Source: Gemmatimonas aurantiaca
GTDB lineage: Bacteria > Gemmatimonadota > Gemmatimonadetes > Gemmatimonadales > Gemmatimonadaceae
Assembly (NCBI GenBank): GCA_044463245.1
Contig: JBIQMO010000002.1
Span: 10,338-74,337 of the forward strand
Direction of reading: 5' to 3'
Length of the DNA: 64,000 nt
A program made the position numbers and the translations under genes. How positions within the stretch are numbered: the first letter of the stretch is position 1; every line of letters starts with the position of its first letter. Below the pieces are notes generated by a model. It was not told where the DNA came from and did no database searches. It worked only from the letters and a program-made list of their open reading frames with translations. Shown piece after piece: positions 1 through 10,181 of the stretch.

Positions 1-26
1 GGCCGTTTCGTGTGTATCTTATACCC

Positions 27-2450
27 ATGTCACGACCCACCCTTCTACCGCTCGTCCTGGCGCTGGCGCTGGCGAGCGCGTCCGCACGTGCGCAGCAGCC
101 AGAGAGCAGTCCCTGCACCGTCCCCGACTCCGTAGCCATCCACGGCAACGAGCGGGTGCCGCTCTCCACCATTCTCGGTGACATCGGGATCTCGAAGGGC
201 GATACGCTCAACTTCCGCGTGCTCCAGCGCGCGATACGGAACCTCTTCGCCACCGGCCAGTTCGCCGACGTGCAGAGCTCGTGCGCTGTGGATCGCGCCT
301 CGGGGCGCTCCACGGTCGTGTTCACCGTGAAGGAGCGTCCGATTCTCGGCAGCTACACGGTGAAGGGAACCGATGTCGTCTCCGAGGGCTCCGTGCGTGA
401 CAAGATCACCCTCGAGACCGGGCAGCCGTTCGATCCGTCGGCGCTCACATCCTCGATCCAGCGGATCGACTCGCTCTACGAGTCGAAGGGCTACTACCTG
501 GCGAGGGTGCGCCCCGAGACCACGGTGGTCAACGACACGACCCACATTACCTTCGACATCGAAGAAGGGCGCCGCCTGGCGATCTCCGGCGTGGACATCC
601 GGGGCGACACCAACGTGAAAGAGGGGACCATCGTCGGCGCCATGAAGACGAAGCCGGAGGGCTTCTGGTTCTGGCGGAAGGGTGAGTTCGACGAGGACAA
701 GTTCACGGCGGACCTCGGCGAGCGCATTCCGAAGGTGTACCACCAGAAGGGCTTCGTCGACTTCCAGGTTACGCACGACACCATGCTGGTGGACCGCGAG
801 AGTGGGAAGGCGATGCTCCAGATCAACGTCCGCGAAGGGGAGAAGTACCACATCGGCACCTTCGACGTGATCGGCAACCGCCACTTCCCCACCGAAGCCA
901 TCGAGCGCTACTTCCCCTTCCGGCCGACTTCCCCGTCCATCACGGACAAGGTGAAAGGCCTCTTCGGTGGCGGCTCCGACGACGACGGTAACGTCTTCGA
1001 CCAGGACAAGTGGGAGACTGCTACCCAGTCGCTCCAGACCGCTTACGCGAATGAGGGGTATATCTACGCGCAGATCAGGCCGGTGGTGGAACGCACGATT
1101 TCGCCCGTGGACTCCACCCCGATCGTGAACCTGCGCTGGGAGATCGACGAGAAGACCCCGGCCACCATCAATCGTATCGTCATCGCGGGGAACGACTACA
1201 CCAGCGAGACGTGCATCCGCGATGCCTTGGTGATCCTCCCCGGCGACGTCTTCAGCCAGGATCGCGTGGTCCGGAGCTACCAGAACATCCAGAACCTTGG
1301 CTTCTTCGAGTCGCCTCTACCGCCGCCAGAGACCCCGCAGGCCAACGACAAGGGTGACGTGGACCTCGTCTTCCACGTGAAGGAGAAGCGGACGGGGAGC
1401 GTGAACTTCGGCGCCTCGGTGGGAGAGGGGACCGGGGTGGGCGGCTTCATCGGTCTCGATCAGCCGAACCTTTTCGGACGGTGTAAGCGGGCCTCGTTGC
1501 AGTGGCAGTTCGGGCGCTACATCAACGATTTCCAGCTCAGCTACACGGACCCGGCTATCCGGATGTCGCGGACCACTGGGACGGTTACGGCGTATCACAC
1601 GCAGTCCCGCTACATCATTGCCGATCTCGGCCGCAGCACGAGCACGGGTGGGTCGCTGCAGCTCGGCTTCCCTCTGTTCAGCTCCTACTTCACGCGGCTC
1701 TTCGTGTCGTACGGCGCGGAAGCGGCGAAATTCTCGGGAGGGATTGCCAACCGCGATACGACCATCGATACCAACAACCGCTTCCGCTCGATGCTGGGGA
1801 TGACGGTCACGCACGACAACCGGATCGACATGCCCTTCGCTTCCGCCGGCTCGATGCAGACCTTCACCGCCCAGTTCAACGGCGGCCCGCTGGGCGGCTC
1901 GACGAACTTCCAGCGCTACACCACCGAGATGCGGAACTACAGCACGCTCGCGCAGTGGGGCGGCGGCGATCCCGGCTCGGCACCGATGAAGCTCGTTTTC
2001 GGGCTCACGGCGCGAGCGGGAGCGCTCTTCGGTGATGCGGGGCCGTTCTTCTTCTCACAGAAATTCGCGATGGGCGGCACGCAGTACGGCGAGCAGCTGC
2101 GCGGCTACGATGAGTTCTCCATCACGCCGCAGGGCTTCGTGCCGGAAACCAACCAGAACGCCTCGCTGAACTCCTTCGGCAGCGCGTTCTTTTCGGCGAC
2201 GGCGGAGCTCGGAATTCGCTTCAACCAGATGCTCTATGCCGATCTGTTCTACGATGCGGGGAACGTGTACGCGAATCCCCGCGACTTCGACCCCACACGG
2301 CTGTTCCGTGGGGCCGGCATCGGCGTGGCCATCGTGACGCCGCTCGGGCCGCTCGGGCTCGACTGGGCGTACGGCTTCGATCGCGTCGACGAATTGGGGC
2401 GCAAGGACCCCAAATGGCAGCTACACTTCAAGCTCGGGCAACTATTCTAG
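27..2450 (+). CDS. bamA: Outer membrane protein assembly factor BamA (Omp85 family)
   Basis: 812-aa ORF. From ATG 27 it has a signal peptide MSRPTLLPLVLALALASASARAQQ (GTG 12 is only the longest possible start). POTRA-like N half and a C-terminal beta-barrel ending KWQLHFKLGQLF. Followed by skp-lpxD as in the canonical diderm cluster. Confidence 0.9.
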   Translation: MSRPTLLPLVLALALASASARAQQPESSPCTVPDSVAIHGNERVPLSTILGDIGISKGDTLNFRVLQRAIRNLFATGQFADVQSSCAVDRASGRSTVVFTVKERPILGSYTVKGTDVVSEGSVRDKITLETGQPFDPSALTSSIQRIDSLYESKGYYLARVRPETTVVNDTTHITFDIEEGRRLAISGVDIRGDTNVKEGTIVGAMKTKPEGFWFWRKGEFDEDKFTADLGERIPKVYHQKGFVDFQVTHDTMLVDRESGKAMLQINVREGEKYHIGTFDVIGNRHFPTEAIERYFPFRPTSPSITDKVKGLFGGGSDDDGNVFDQDKWETATQSLQTAYANEGYIYAQIRPVVERTISPVDSTPIVNLRWEIDEKTPATINRIVIAGNDYTSETCIRDALVILPGDVFSQDRVVRSYQNIQNLGFFESPLPPPETPQANDKGDVDLVFHVKEKRTGSVNFGASVGEGTGVGGFIGLDQPNLFGRCKRASLQWQFGRYINDFQLSYTDPAIRMSRTTGTVTAYHTQSRYIIADLGRSTSTGGSLQLGFPLFSSYFTRLFVSYGAEAAKFSGGIANRDTTIDTNNRFRSMLGMTVTHDNRIDMPFASAGSMQTFTAQFNGGPLGGSTNFQRYTTEMRNYSTLAQWGGGDPGSAPMKLVFGLTARAGALFGDAGPFFFSQKFAMGGTQYGEQLRGYDEFSITPQGFVPETNQNASLNSFGSAFFSATAELGIRFNQMLYADLFYDAGNVYANPRDFDPTRLFRGAGIGVAIVTPLGPLGLDWAYGFDRVDELGRKDPKWQLHFKLGQLF

Positions 2451-2463
2451 GACTGGAGTCAAC

Positions 2464-3078
2464 ATGCGTTCGCTCTTGAATGCAGCCCTCGGGGCTGCGG
2501 CGTTCACCATCCTCGCGGCGGGCACTGCCGCCGCGCAGGGCGGGATTAAGATCGCCTACGTCAACTCGCAGGAGATCATCGCCGCCGCGCCCGGTCGTGC
2601 CGAGGCCGAGGCGCAGATCCAGAAGGACATGAACTCGTACCGCGCCCAGGTGCAGAAGATGGGCGACTCGCTCAACACGCTCATCGCGTCGTACACGAAG
2701 TCCGAATCCACCCTCAGCGAGGCCTCGCGGACGGCCAAGCAGAAGGAGATCCAGGACAAGGAGCGGGAGTATCAGCAGCGCGTGCAGGGGCTGGAGCAGC
2801 AGGCCCAGCAGCGTCAGGCGGAGCTGATCCGTCCGATCATGGAGAAGATCAACGGCATCATCGAGAAGGTCCGTTCCGAAGAGGGCTACGCGATGGTGCT
2901 CGACGCCGGTAATCAGTCGGGTGTGGTGGTCGCCGCCGACTCCACGCTGGACATCACCGACAAGGTGATCGCGCGGCTCAAGGCATCTGGCGGCTCGGCG
3001 AGCAACACGCCCGCCCCCAAGGGCCCGACTCCGCAGCCCACGGGCGCAACTCGAAAGAATCCGCCAGTCGAACATTGA
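2464..3078 (+). CDS. skp: Periplasmic chaperone Skp/OmpH
   Basis: 204 aa with a signal peptide (AAFTILAAGTAAAQG) and a Gln/Glu/Lys-rich coiled-coil body. GGAG lies upstream of the ATG. Positioned between bamA and lpxD. Confidence 0.8.
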   Translation: MRSLLNAALGAAAFTILAAGTAAAQGGIKIAYVNSQEIIAAAPGRAEAEAQIQKDMNSYRAQVQKMGDSLNTLIASYTKSESTLSEASRTAKQKEIQDKEREYQQRVQGLEQQAQQRQAELIRPIMEKINGIIEKVRSEEGYAMVLDAGNQSGVVVAADSTLDITDKVIARLKASGGSASNTPAPKGPTPQPTGATRKNPPVEH

Positions 3079-4172
3079 CCGGGAACGACTCGGCGTCGCA
3101 CGATGGCCTCGGAGGTGAGGGCCGCAAGACTCTCACCGCCGGGGCCATCGCGCGGATGGTGGGTGGCGAAATAGCGGGCGACGGGAGCGTGACGCTGAAT
3201 GGCGTGGCGCCGCTCGATCGTGCCGGTGCGCACGATCTCACATTCCTCGCGCACGAGCGCTATGTCCCTCTTCTGGCCTCTTCCGGGGCAGGTGCGGTTC
3301 TGATATCTCCCGAGCTCTCGGAGGCCGTCAGCGAGGCTGGAGAGGGCGCTGGGTACGGCGGATGCCGGATCGTGGTGGGGAAGCCGTACGAGGCGATGCT
3401 GGAGGCCATCCCGGCGCTCTACCCGCCGCCCCCCCCGGAGACGGGGATTCACCCCACCGCCGTGATCGGCCGAGGAGTGACGCTCGGTGCGGGCGTCTCG
3501 ATCGGGGCGTACGCGGTGGTGGGGGAGGGGGCGGTGCTCGAGGATGGCGTGCGCGTGGGTCCGCACGGCACCGTCGGACGCGGCGTGCGTGTGGGAGCGG
3601 GGAGCTGGCTCGGAGACGCGGTCACGCTCTATCCGGGGGCGGAGATCGGGAAGCGGGTGCGGCTGCACGCCGGCGTGCGCGTGGCGAGCGACGGCTTCGG
3701 CTACGTGCAGGCGGGCGGCCGGCACGAGAAGATCCCGCACGTGGGGCGCTGCATCGTCGAGGACGATGTGGAGATCGGCGCCAACTCGACGCTCGACAGG
3801 GGGAGCGTGGACGACACGGTGGTGGGTGCGGGAACCAAGATAGACAACCTCGTGCACATAGCTCACAACGTGCGCATCGGGCGGCTCTGCCTGATCATGG
3901 CGCAGGTGGGGATAGCGGGATCGGTGCACATCGGCGACGGCTGCATCCTCGCGGGACAGGTGGGCGTGAGCGGGCATCACAACATCGGCGCCGGGGCGCG
4001 GCTCGCGGCGCAGGCGGGCGTGTTCGGCGACATACCCGCGGGTGAGACGTGGTCGGGGTACCCGGCGCGCCCGCACCGCGAGGCGCTCAGGGCGCACGCG
4101 GCATTCTTCAAGCTGGCGGGACTCATGCGCAGGATGGAGCGGCTCCTCGCGCGCGCGGAGGGGAGCGAGTGA
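3075..4172 (+). CDS. lpxD: UDP-3-O-acylglucosamine N-acyltransferase LpxD
   Basis: Long run of hexapeptide beta-helix repeats ([37 protein letters not shown]...) and an N-terminal [10 protein letters not shown] region. TTG 3075 overlaps the skp stop (TTGA). Confidence 0.88.
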   Translation: MTGNDSASHDGLGGEGRKTLTAGAIARMVGGEIAGDGSVTLNGVAPLDRAGAHDLTFLAHERYVPLLASSGAGAVLISPELSEAVSEAGEGAGYGGCRIVVGKPYEAMLEAIPALYPPPPPETGIHPTAVIGRGVTLGAGVSIGAYAVVGEGAVLEDGVRVGPHGTVGRGVRVGAGSWLGDAVTLYPGAEIGKRVRLHAGVRVASDGFGYVQAGGRHEKIPHVGRCIVEDDVEIGANSTLDRGSVDDTVVGAGTKIDNLVHIAHNVRIGRLCLIMAQVGIAGSVHIGDGCILAGQVGVSGHHNIGAGARLAAQAGVFGDIPAGETWSGYPARPHREALRAHAAFFKLAGLMRRMERLLARAEGSE

Positions 4173-5443
4173 GCGAGAGCCGCAATTCGATTCGCGACTC
4201 CATCACGCTAGAGGGAGTGGGGCTTCACCTCGGCAAGCAGTGCCGGCTCACCTTCCGGCCGGCGGAGGCGGAATCGGGAATCGTGTTCCGTCGCCTCGAC
4301 CTGCCGGGGGAGCCGCTCACGCCGGCGCGGGTGGAGAATGCGGTCTCGAGCGAGCGTCGCACGCAGCTCGGCACCGGTGATGGGGCGCTGCACACCGTGG
4401 AGCACGTGCTCGCAGCCGTCGCCGCGCACGAGATAGATGACGTGGTCATCGAGATGGATGGCCCCGAGCCGCCCATCCTCGACGGGAGTGCGCAGCCCTT
4501 CTTCGATGCGCTCTCGCGCGCGGGGCTCTCGCCGCGTCGCGGTGAGGTGCGCTACCTGGAGATCCCCGAGCGACTCACCGTGACCGACGGAGAGTCGGTG
4601 TATGAGGCGGAGCCCGCCAAAGAGCTCGAGCTCAGCGTCACCATCGAGTTCCCCCACCCTCTCATCGGGCGGCAGAGCTGCAAGTTCTCGATCACGCCGG
4701 AGACCTTCGCTCGCGAGCTGGCGCCGGCGCGCACCTTCGGCTTCGTGAAGGAGGTCGAGGCGCTGCGGGCGCGCGGCCTCATTCGCGGCGGGTCCACGGA
4801 CAACGCCATCGTCCTCGACGATGAGGGAGTGGTGGACAACGCGCTCCGCTGGTCCGACGAGTTCGCGCGCCACAAGGCCATGGATTGCGTCGGCGACCTC
4901 GCGCTCGCCGGCTGTCGCGTACGAGCGCGCGTGGCAGCGCTCAAGCCGAGCCACAGAGGCACCATCACCCTCGTCCGGGAGATGCTCACACTCGCCGCGA
5001 AGGAGACACGGATGCTTGGCATCGATGAGATCATGAAGATCATCCCGCACCGCTATCCGTTCCTCCTGGTGGACCGGATCCTCGAGCTCGAGGCGGGGAA
5101 GCGAGTGGTCGGGATCAAGAACGTCACCATCAACGAGCCCTTCTTCCAGGGGCACTTTCCGGGGCATCCGGTGATGCCGGGTGTGCTCGTCGTGGAGGCC
5201 ATGGCGCAGGTCGGCGGCCTGCTACTGCTCGGCGCGGTGCCCGAGCCGGAGCACAAGATCATGTACTTCACCTCCCTCGACAATGTGAAGTGGCGCAGGC
5301 CGGTGAAGCCCGGCGACCAGCTTCGCTTCGAGCTGGAGATGCTCCAGGTGCGCGGGCGGCTCTGCAAGATGCACGGCGTGGCACGCGTCGATGGCGATGT
5401 CGTCTGCGAGGGTGACCTGGGCGCGATGGTCATGGACGTATGA
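4169..5443 (+). CDS. lpxC-fabZ: Bifunctional LpxC deacetylase / FabZ 3-hydroxyacyl-ACP dehydratase fusion
   Basis: The N half is LpxC-like ([34 protein letters not shown]). The C half is a FabZ hot-dog ([32 protein letters not shown]). ORF-track start 4049 lies inside lpxD. GTG 4169 overlaps the lpxD stop (GTGA). Confidence 0.9.
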   Translation: MSESRNSIRDSITLEGVGLHLGKQCRLTFRPAEAESGIVFRRLDLPGEPLTPARVENAVSSERRTQLGTGDGALHTVEHVLAAVAAHEIDDVVIEMDGPEPPILDGSAQPFFDALSRAGLSPRRGEVRYLEIPERLTVTDGESVYEAEPAKELELSVTIEFPHPLIGRQSCKFSITPETFARELAPARTFGFVKEVEALRARGLIRGGSTDNAIVLDDEGVVDNALRWSDEFARHKAMDCVGDLALAGCRVRARVAALKPSHRGTITLVREMLTLAAKETRMLGIDEIMKIIPHRYPFLLVDRILELEAGKRVVGIKNVTINEPFFQGHFPGHPVMPGVLVVEAMAQVGGLLLLGAVPEPEHKIMYFTSLDNVKWRRPVKPGDQLRFELEMLQVRGRLCKMHGVARVDGDVVCEGDLGAMVMDV

Positions 5444-6216
5444 CCTCGACGATTCATCCGACGGCGCTCGTTTCACCGAGCGCGCAGCTCGGCGAGGGCG
5501 TGGAGATCGGACCGTACGCGTTCGTGGGCGACGACTGCGTGGTGGGCGACGGCTGCGTGCTCGCCACCCGCTCGGTACTCGAGCGCAACGTGCGCCTGGG
5601 GTGCGAGGTGAAAGTGGGGATCGGGTCGGTGATCGGCGGGGATCCGCAGGATCTCAAGTTCCAGGGTGAGCTCACATCGGTGGAGATCGGCGACCGCACC
5701 GTGATCCGCGAGTATGCGACGATCAACCGCGGCACCGCCGAGTCGATGAGCACCACTGTCGGCACCGACTGCTTCATCATGACCTACGTGCACCTGGCGC
5801 ACGACTGTCACCTGGGGAACGGCGTCATCATCTCCAACGCCACGCAGCTCGCCGGACACGTTACCGTGGAGGACCACGCGATAATCTCCGGTCTCGTGGC
5901 GGTGCACCAGTTCGTGAACATCGGCGCGTACAGCTTCATCGGTGGCTGCTCGCGGGTGCCGCAGGATGTGCCGCCGTACCTCAAGGCGGTGGGGAATCCG
6001 ATCAAGCTCTACGGGCTCAACAGCGTCGGACTGCAGCGGAACAACTTCTCCCCCGACGTGATTCGCGAGCTGAAGCGTGCTTACCGGCTCTTCTTCCGCT
6101 CGGATCTCAACGTGTCGCAGGCAATGGAGCGCGCGCACCAGGAGCTGGAGATGTGCGCCGAGGTGCGTCACTTCCTCGCTTTCGTGGACAACAGCGGTCG
6201 CGGGGTGGTGCGGTGA
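5440..6216 (+). CDS. lpxA: UDP-N-acetylglucosamine O-acyltransferase LpxA
   Basis: 258-aa hexapeptide-repeat acyltransferase ([16 protein letters not shown]..) with a helical C-terminal domain. The ATG overlaps the fabZ stop (ATGA). Confidence 0.92.
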   Translation: MTSTIHPTALVSPSAQLGEGVEIGPYAFVGDDCVVGDGCVLATRSVLERNVRLGCEVKVGIGSVIGGDPQDLKFQGELTSVEIGDRTVIREYATINRGTAESMSTTVGTDCFIMTYVHLAHDCHLGNGVIISNATQLAGHVTVEDHAIISGLVAVHQFVNIGAYSFIGGCSRVPQDVPPYLKAVGNPIKLYGLNSVGLQRNNFSPDVIRELKRAYRLFFRSDLNVSQAMERAHQELEMCAEVRHFLAFVDNSGRGVVR

Positions 6217-7256
6217 GCGAACCGACACGGATCGGCGTCATCGGAGCGGGGAGTCTCGGGTACCACCACATCCGGCTACTGCGCGACGTCCCGGGGGCCC
6301 GGCTCGAGGGCTTCCACGAGCTGCGCCCCGAGCGCGCGACGCAGGTGGCGAGCGAGCTGGGCGTCACCGCCGTGCGGTCGGTCGACGAGCTGCTCGCGCG
6401 GGTGGACGCGGTTACGGTGGTCGTGCCGACTCCAGCGCACCATTCGGTGGCGCGCCGCGCTCTGGAGCGTGGCGTGCACGTGCTCATAGAGAAGCCGATC
6501 GCATCCACACTCGAGGAGGCCGACGATCTCCTCGACGTGGCCCGGGCGAACGGTGCGCTGGTGCAGACGGGGCACGTGGAGCGCTTCAACCGCGCGATCC
6601 GCGCGGCGCTCCCGTACATCGACACACCGCGCTTCGTCGAGAGCGACCGGCTCGCTCCCTTCAATCCGCGCGGCTCGGACGTGGCTGTCGTCCTCGACCT
6701 CATGATCCACGACATCGACCTCGTGCGCACGCTCGTCGGCGGCCGCGTGACATCGCTCGCCGCCTCGGGAGTGCCTGTACTCACACCCTCGGTGGACATC
6801 GCCAACGCGCGCATCACCTTCGACACGGGTGCGGTGGCGAACATCACCGCCAGCCGCGTCTCACGCGAGCGCTTGCGCAAGCTCCGGATCTTTCAGAGGA
6901 GCGGCTACCTCTCGCTCGACCTGGGCCATGGCACCGGAGAGTTCTACCGTCTGCGGGGCGGCCTCGATGTGGCGGAGATCGCCTCCGCGCCGCGGCAGCT
7001 CGAGGAGTACATGGAGCGCGTGCCGCTCGTCCCCGTCGACGAAAGCGCGGAGCCGTTGCGGCTCGAGCTGGAGAGCTTCATAGCGGCGACACAGGGACGT
7101 GAGCCGGTGATCGTCACGGGTGGCGACGGACGCGAGGCGCTCGCACTGGCGCTGGGCATTATGCTCGAGATCGAACGCTCCCTTCCCGCGCTCGCCGGCG
7201 CGGGTGCGGGAGAGCAGCGCGGCGGAGAGGCGAACCGGGAGAAGCCGGGTGCGTGA
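6213..7256 (+). CDS. Gfo/Idh/MocA family oxidoreductase (in the GnnA-like position)
   Basis: Rossmann N-terminus RIGVIGAGSLGYHH plus HVLIEKPIA. GTG 6213 overlaps the lpxA stop (GTGA). ORF-track start 6153 is inside lpxA. Confidence 0.75.
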   Translation: MSEPTRIGVIGAGSLGYHHIRLLRDVPGARLEGFHELRPERATQVASELGVTAVRSVDELLARVDAVTVVVPTPAHHSVARRALERGVHVLIEKPIASTLEEADDLLDVARANGALVQTGHVERFNRAIRAALPYIDTPRFVESDRLAPFNPRGSDVAVVLDLMIHDIDLVRTLVGGRVTSLAASGVPVLTPSVDIANARITFDTGAVANITASRVSRERLRKLRIFQRSGYLSLDLGHGTGEFYRLRGGLDVAEIASAPRQLEEYMERVPLVPVDESAEPLRLELESFIAATQGREPVIVTGGDGREALALALGIMLEIERSLPALAGAGAGEQRGGEANREKPGA

Positions 7257-7263
7257 GGTTCTC

Positions 7264-8385
7264 ATGGTCGCCGGCGAAGCATCCGGCGACCTGCACGCTG
7301 CGGGAGTGGCGGAGGAGCTTCGCCGCTGTGCACCGGAGCTTTCGCTCGTGGGAATCGGAGGCGCGCGGATGGAGCGCGCGGGGGTGTCGCTCCTCGAGCA
7401 CACGGACCGCCTCGCCGTGATGGGCTTCAGCGAGGTCGTGAAGCACATCCCCAAGCACTACCGGCTCCTGACCGAGCTGCGCGCACGGCTCAGGAGTGGA
7501 CGCGTGGGGCTCGTGATGCTCGTGGACTATCCCGGCTTCAACATGAAGGTGGCGGCAGCCGCGCACGAGGCTGGGGTGCCGGTGCTCTACTACATCACGC
7601 CGCAGGTGTGGGCGTGGGGCGAGGGGCGCCTCGCGAAGATGGAGCGCACGGTGACGAAGGCGGCGGTGATACTTCCCTTCGAGGAGGAGCTGCTCTCCGC
7701 TCACGGGATAGACGCCACCTTCGTGGGACATCCGCTCCTGGACCGCGCGGCCGAGCACATGCCGGAGCGCGCCGCAGCGCGCGCGCAACTCGAGCTGCCG
7801 GACGACGCTCCGGTGCTCGCGCTCTTCCCCGGGAGTCGCGCGCAGGAGATCGCGCGACACCTCGACAGCTTCGTCGCCACCGCGCGCGAGCTGGAGCGGC
7901 GGATGAACGGACTGCGAGTCATCGTGAGCGTCGCGCCGGGAATCGAGGTGGATCAGTCGCGCTGCCCGTACCGGCTGGTGCAGGCCGCGTCGTTCACGGT
8001 GTGGCGTGCGGCAGATGCGGCGCTCTCCAAGAGCGGAACATCCACACTGGAGGCCGCGGTGGCCGGCTGCCCGCTCGTGGTGGCCTATCGCACCGGCGCG
8101 CTGAACTACGCCATCGCGCGACGCGTGGTGCGCATCCCGCGCATAGGTCTCGTGAACGTGGTCGCAGGCCGCGAGGTCGCGCCGGAGTTCATCCAGCACG
8201 AGCTCCGCCCCGAGCGCGTGGCCGACGCTCTCGAGCCGCTGCTCGTGCGGGGGAGCGCGGAGCGAGAGACGATGCTCGCCGGTCTCGCCGAGGTACGCTC
8301 GCGGCTCGGCGAGCCCGGTGCGGCGTCGCGCGTGGCCGAGCTGGTGCTCTCCACAATGCAGCGCTCGGAGCCGGCGGCGAGATGA
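7264..8385 (+). CDS. lpxB: Lipid-A-disaccharide synthase LpxB
   Basis: N-terminus VLMVAGEASGDLHAAGV, with length and operon position typical of LpxB. ATG 7264 is preferred and GTG 7249 is possible. ORF-track start 7120 is inside the previous gene. Confidence 0.87.
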   Translation: MVAGEASGDLHAAGVAEELRRCAPELSLVGIGGARMERAGVSLLEHTDRLAVMGFSEVVKHIPKHYRLLTELRARLRSGRVGLVMLVDYPGFNMKVAAAAHEAGVPVLYYITPQVWAWGEGRLAKMERTVTKAAVILPFEEELLSAHGIDATFVGHPLLDRAAEHMPERAAARAQLELPDDAPVLALFPGSRAQEIARHLDSFVATARELERRMNGLRVIVSVAPGIEVDQSRCPYRLVQAASFTVWRAADAALSKSGTSTLEAAVAGCPLVVAYRTGALNYAIARRVVRIPRIGLVNVVAGREVAPEFIQHELRPERVADALEPLLVRGSAERETMLAGLAEVRSRLGEPGAASRVAELVLSTMQRSEPAAR

Positions 8386-9095
8386 CGAATCCCAGGGGGC
8401 GCCCCGGCGTCGTCACGGGCGAGGACGAGGGCGAGGGCGCAGCGGACGACGAGCGCGCGCGGAGGAAGGCGCGGCGCATCGCCTGGGCGGTTCGCCTCGG
8501 CGTCCCGCTCGTTCGTCTGCTGGCCGCTACCTGGCGGATCCGCGAAGTGAACCGCGCTCCCTCGCAGCGGCTGCGCGATGGAGGGAAGCCCGTGGTCTTC
8601 ACCCTCTGGCATGGCGAGATGCTCGCACTCCTCTGGCATCACCGGAACGAGGGAATCACGGTACTCATAAGCGAGCACGGTGACGGAGAGATCATCGCGC
8701 GGATTGCCGAGGCGCTCGGATTCCGCACGGTGCGCGGGTCCACCTCGCGCGGCGGGGGGCGCGCGCTCCTCGGGATGAGCCGGACGGTGCAGGGGGGCGG
8801 CGATGTGGCCTTCACGCCCGACGGGCCGCGTGGCCCGGCGCGCCGGTTTGCACCCGGCGCGTTGATAGTCGCTCAGCGCACGGGTGCGCCGGTGATCACT
8901 CTGGCGGTTTCTCCGAGCGGGGCGTGGCGGTTGAAGAGCTGGGATCGTTTCATGATCCCGAAGCCATTCTCGCGCATCCGCATCGCTTACGGCGACCCGG
9001 TATATCTCGACGTCTCCTCGCCGCGAGAGGCCGCCGAGCAGTCGGCGCGCTTCGACTCGCTCATGGAGCGCACGGGAGCGGCAGCTCGTGATTGA
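8382..9095 (+). CDS. DUF374 / lysophospholipid-acyltransferase-like protein
   Basis: FTLWHGEML, ISEHGDGEIIA, GFRTVRGSTSRGG and FTPDGPRGP match my recollection of the DUF374 family that accompanies Kdo/lipid A genes. ATG 8382 overlaps the lpxB stop (ATGA). ORF-track start 7608 is spurious. Confidence 0.7.
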   Translation: MTNPRGRPGVVTGEDEGEGAADDERARRKARRIAWAVRLGVPLVRLLAATWRIREVNRAPSQRLRDGGKPVVFTLWHGEMLALLWHHRNEGITVLISEHGDGEIIARIAEALGFRTVRGSTSRGGGRALLGMSRTVQGGGDVAFTPDGPRGPARRFAPGALIVAQRTGAPVITLAVSPSGAWRLKSWDRFMIPKPFSRIRIAYGDPVYLDVSSPREAAEQSARFDSLMERTGAAARD

Positions 9096-10179
9096 GCTGC
9101 ACGGCGTGGAGTGGCTCTGGTACTCGCCCGGGGTCGGAGCGCGGGCTACCCGGCTCCTGCTCGCGCCATTCGAGCTCACGTACGGCGCAGTGATGGCGCT
9201 CCGTGGAAAGCTCTACGACTCGGGCGTGCTCCCCACGCGCGGCGCACCTATCCCCGCGATGAGCGTGGGCAATCTCACCGTTGGGGGCACGGGGAAGACT
9301 CCCATTTCCGCCTGGCTGGCGCGCGAGCTCCTGGATCGCGGAGCGAAGGCCGCCGTCGTGCTGCGCGGCTACGGGAGCGATGAGACCCTCGTGCATCGTC
9401 ATCTCAACGCCGATGCGCGCGTGGTGGCGTCGACCGACCGCGCGGCGGGAATCGAGCAGGCGGCCGAGCGCGGGTGCGATGTGGCGGTGTTGGACGATGC
9501 GTTCCAGCACCGGCGTGCCGGGCGCACCACGGACGTGGTACTGGTGAGTACCGAGAGGTGGAGCGAGCGGAGGCATCTGCTCCCGGCGGGCCCCTGGCGC
9601 GAGCCGCTCTCCGCGCTCCGCCGCGCGTCGCTCGTGATCGTCACGCGAAAATCGGCGTCCGCGGAAGCCGCGCGCCAGGTGGCCGGGAAAGTCGCAAATG
9701 CGGCGGCCAGCGCGCCGATCGCGATCGTCCACCTGGCGCCACGCGAGCTGCGGTCGCTCTCTGGCGAGCCGGATGCACTTCCGCTGAATGCCATCGCAGG
9801 CCGGCGGGTGCTGGCCATTTCCGCGATCGGCGACCCGCGCGCATTCGAGGCGCAGCTCTCCGCGATGGATGCGAAGGTGGAGCCCCGGGCCTTTCCCGAT
9901 CACCACCGCTTTACTGCCGACGAAGTCGCGCGTCTTTCGAGAACTGCCGCCGCATTGGCGCGCGATGGCGGCGACGGCCCGCCCGTCGCGCTTTGCACCC
10001 TGAAGGATGCCGTCAAGCTGGCTCCGCGATGGCCTCGCGAAGCACCGCGCTTGTGGTATGTTTCGCAGCAGCCAGAGGTGGAGAGTGGGCGCTCCGAGCT
10101 GGACGCGCTGATTACACGCACCCTCGCTGCACGTCACCGTCAACCCTCAGCCGGCAGCCGACTGACCGGCATACCCTGA
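9088..10179 (+). CDS. lpxK: Tetraacyldisaccharide 4'-kinase LpxK
   Basis: P-loop [12 protein letters not shown] in a 363-aa ORF. The GTG start overlaps the previous gene by 8 nt. Confidence 0.88.
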   Translation: MIELHGVEWLWYSPGVGARATRLLLAPFELTYGAVMALRGKLYDSGVLPTRGAPIPAMSVGNLTVGGTGKTPISAWLARELLDRGAKAAVVLRGYGSDETLVHRHLNADARVVASTDRAAGIEQAAERGCDVAVLDDAFQHRRAGRTTDVVLVSTERWSERRHLLPAGPWREPLSALRRASLVIVTRKSASAEAARQVAGKVANAAASAPIAIVHLAPRELRSLSGEPDALPLNAIAGRRVLAISAIGDPRAFEAQLSAMDAKVEPRAFPDHHRFTADEVARLSRTAAALARDGGDGPPVALCTLKDAVKLAPRWPREAPRLWYVSQQPEVESGRSELDALITRTLAARHRQPSAGSRLTGIP

Positions 10180-10181
10180 TA

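Noticed and set aside
4049-4168. N-terminal extensions of ORF-track ORFs. Besides this one, starts 6153, 7120, 7608, 9474, 12091, 19572, 22810, 23628, 24959, 27147, 27874, 28770, 32571, 35109, 50783, 53208, 54140, 55717 and 61050.
   Set aside because: The extensions overlap the preceding gene or are Arg-rich. Family-typical N-termini begin at internal ATG/GTG/TTG codons that overlap or abut the upstream stop.
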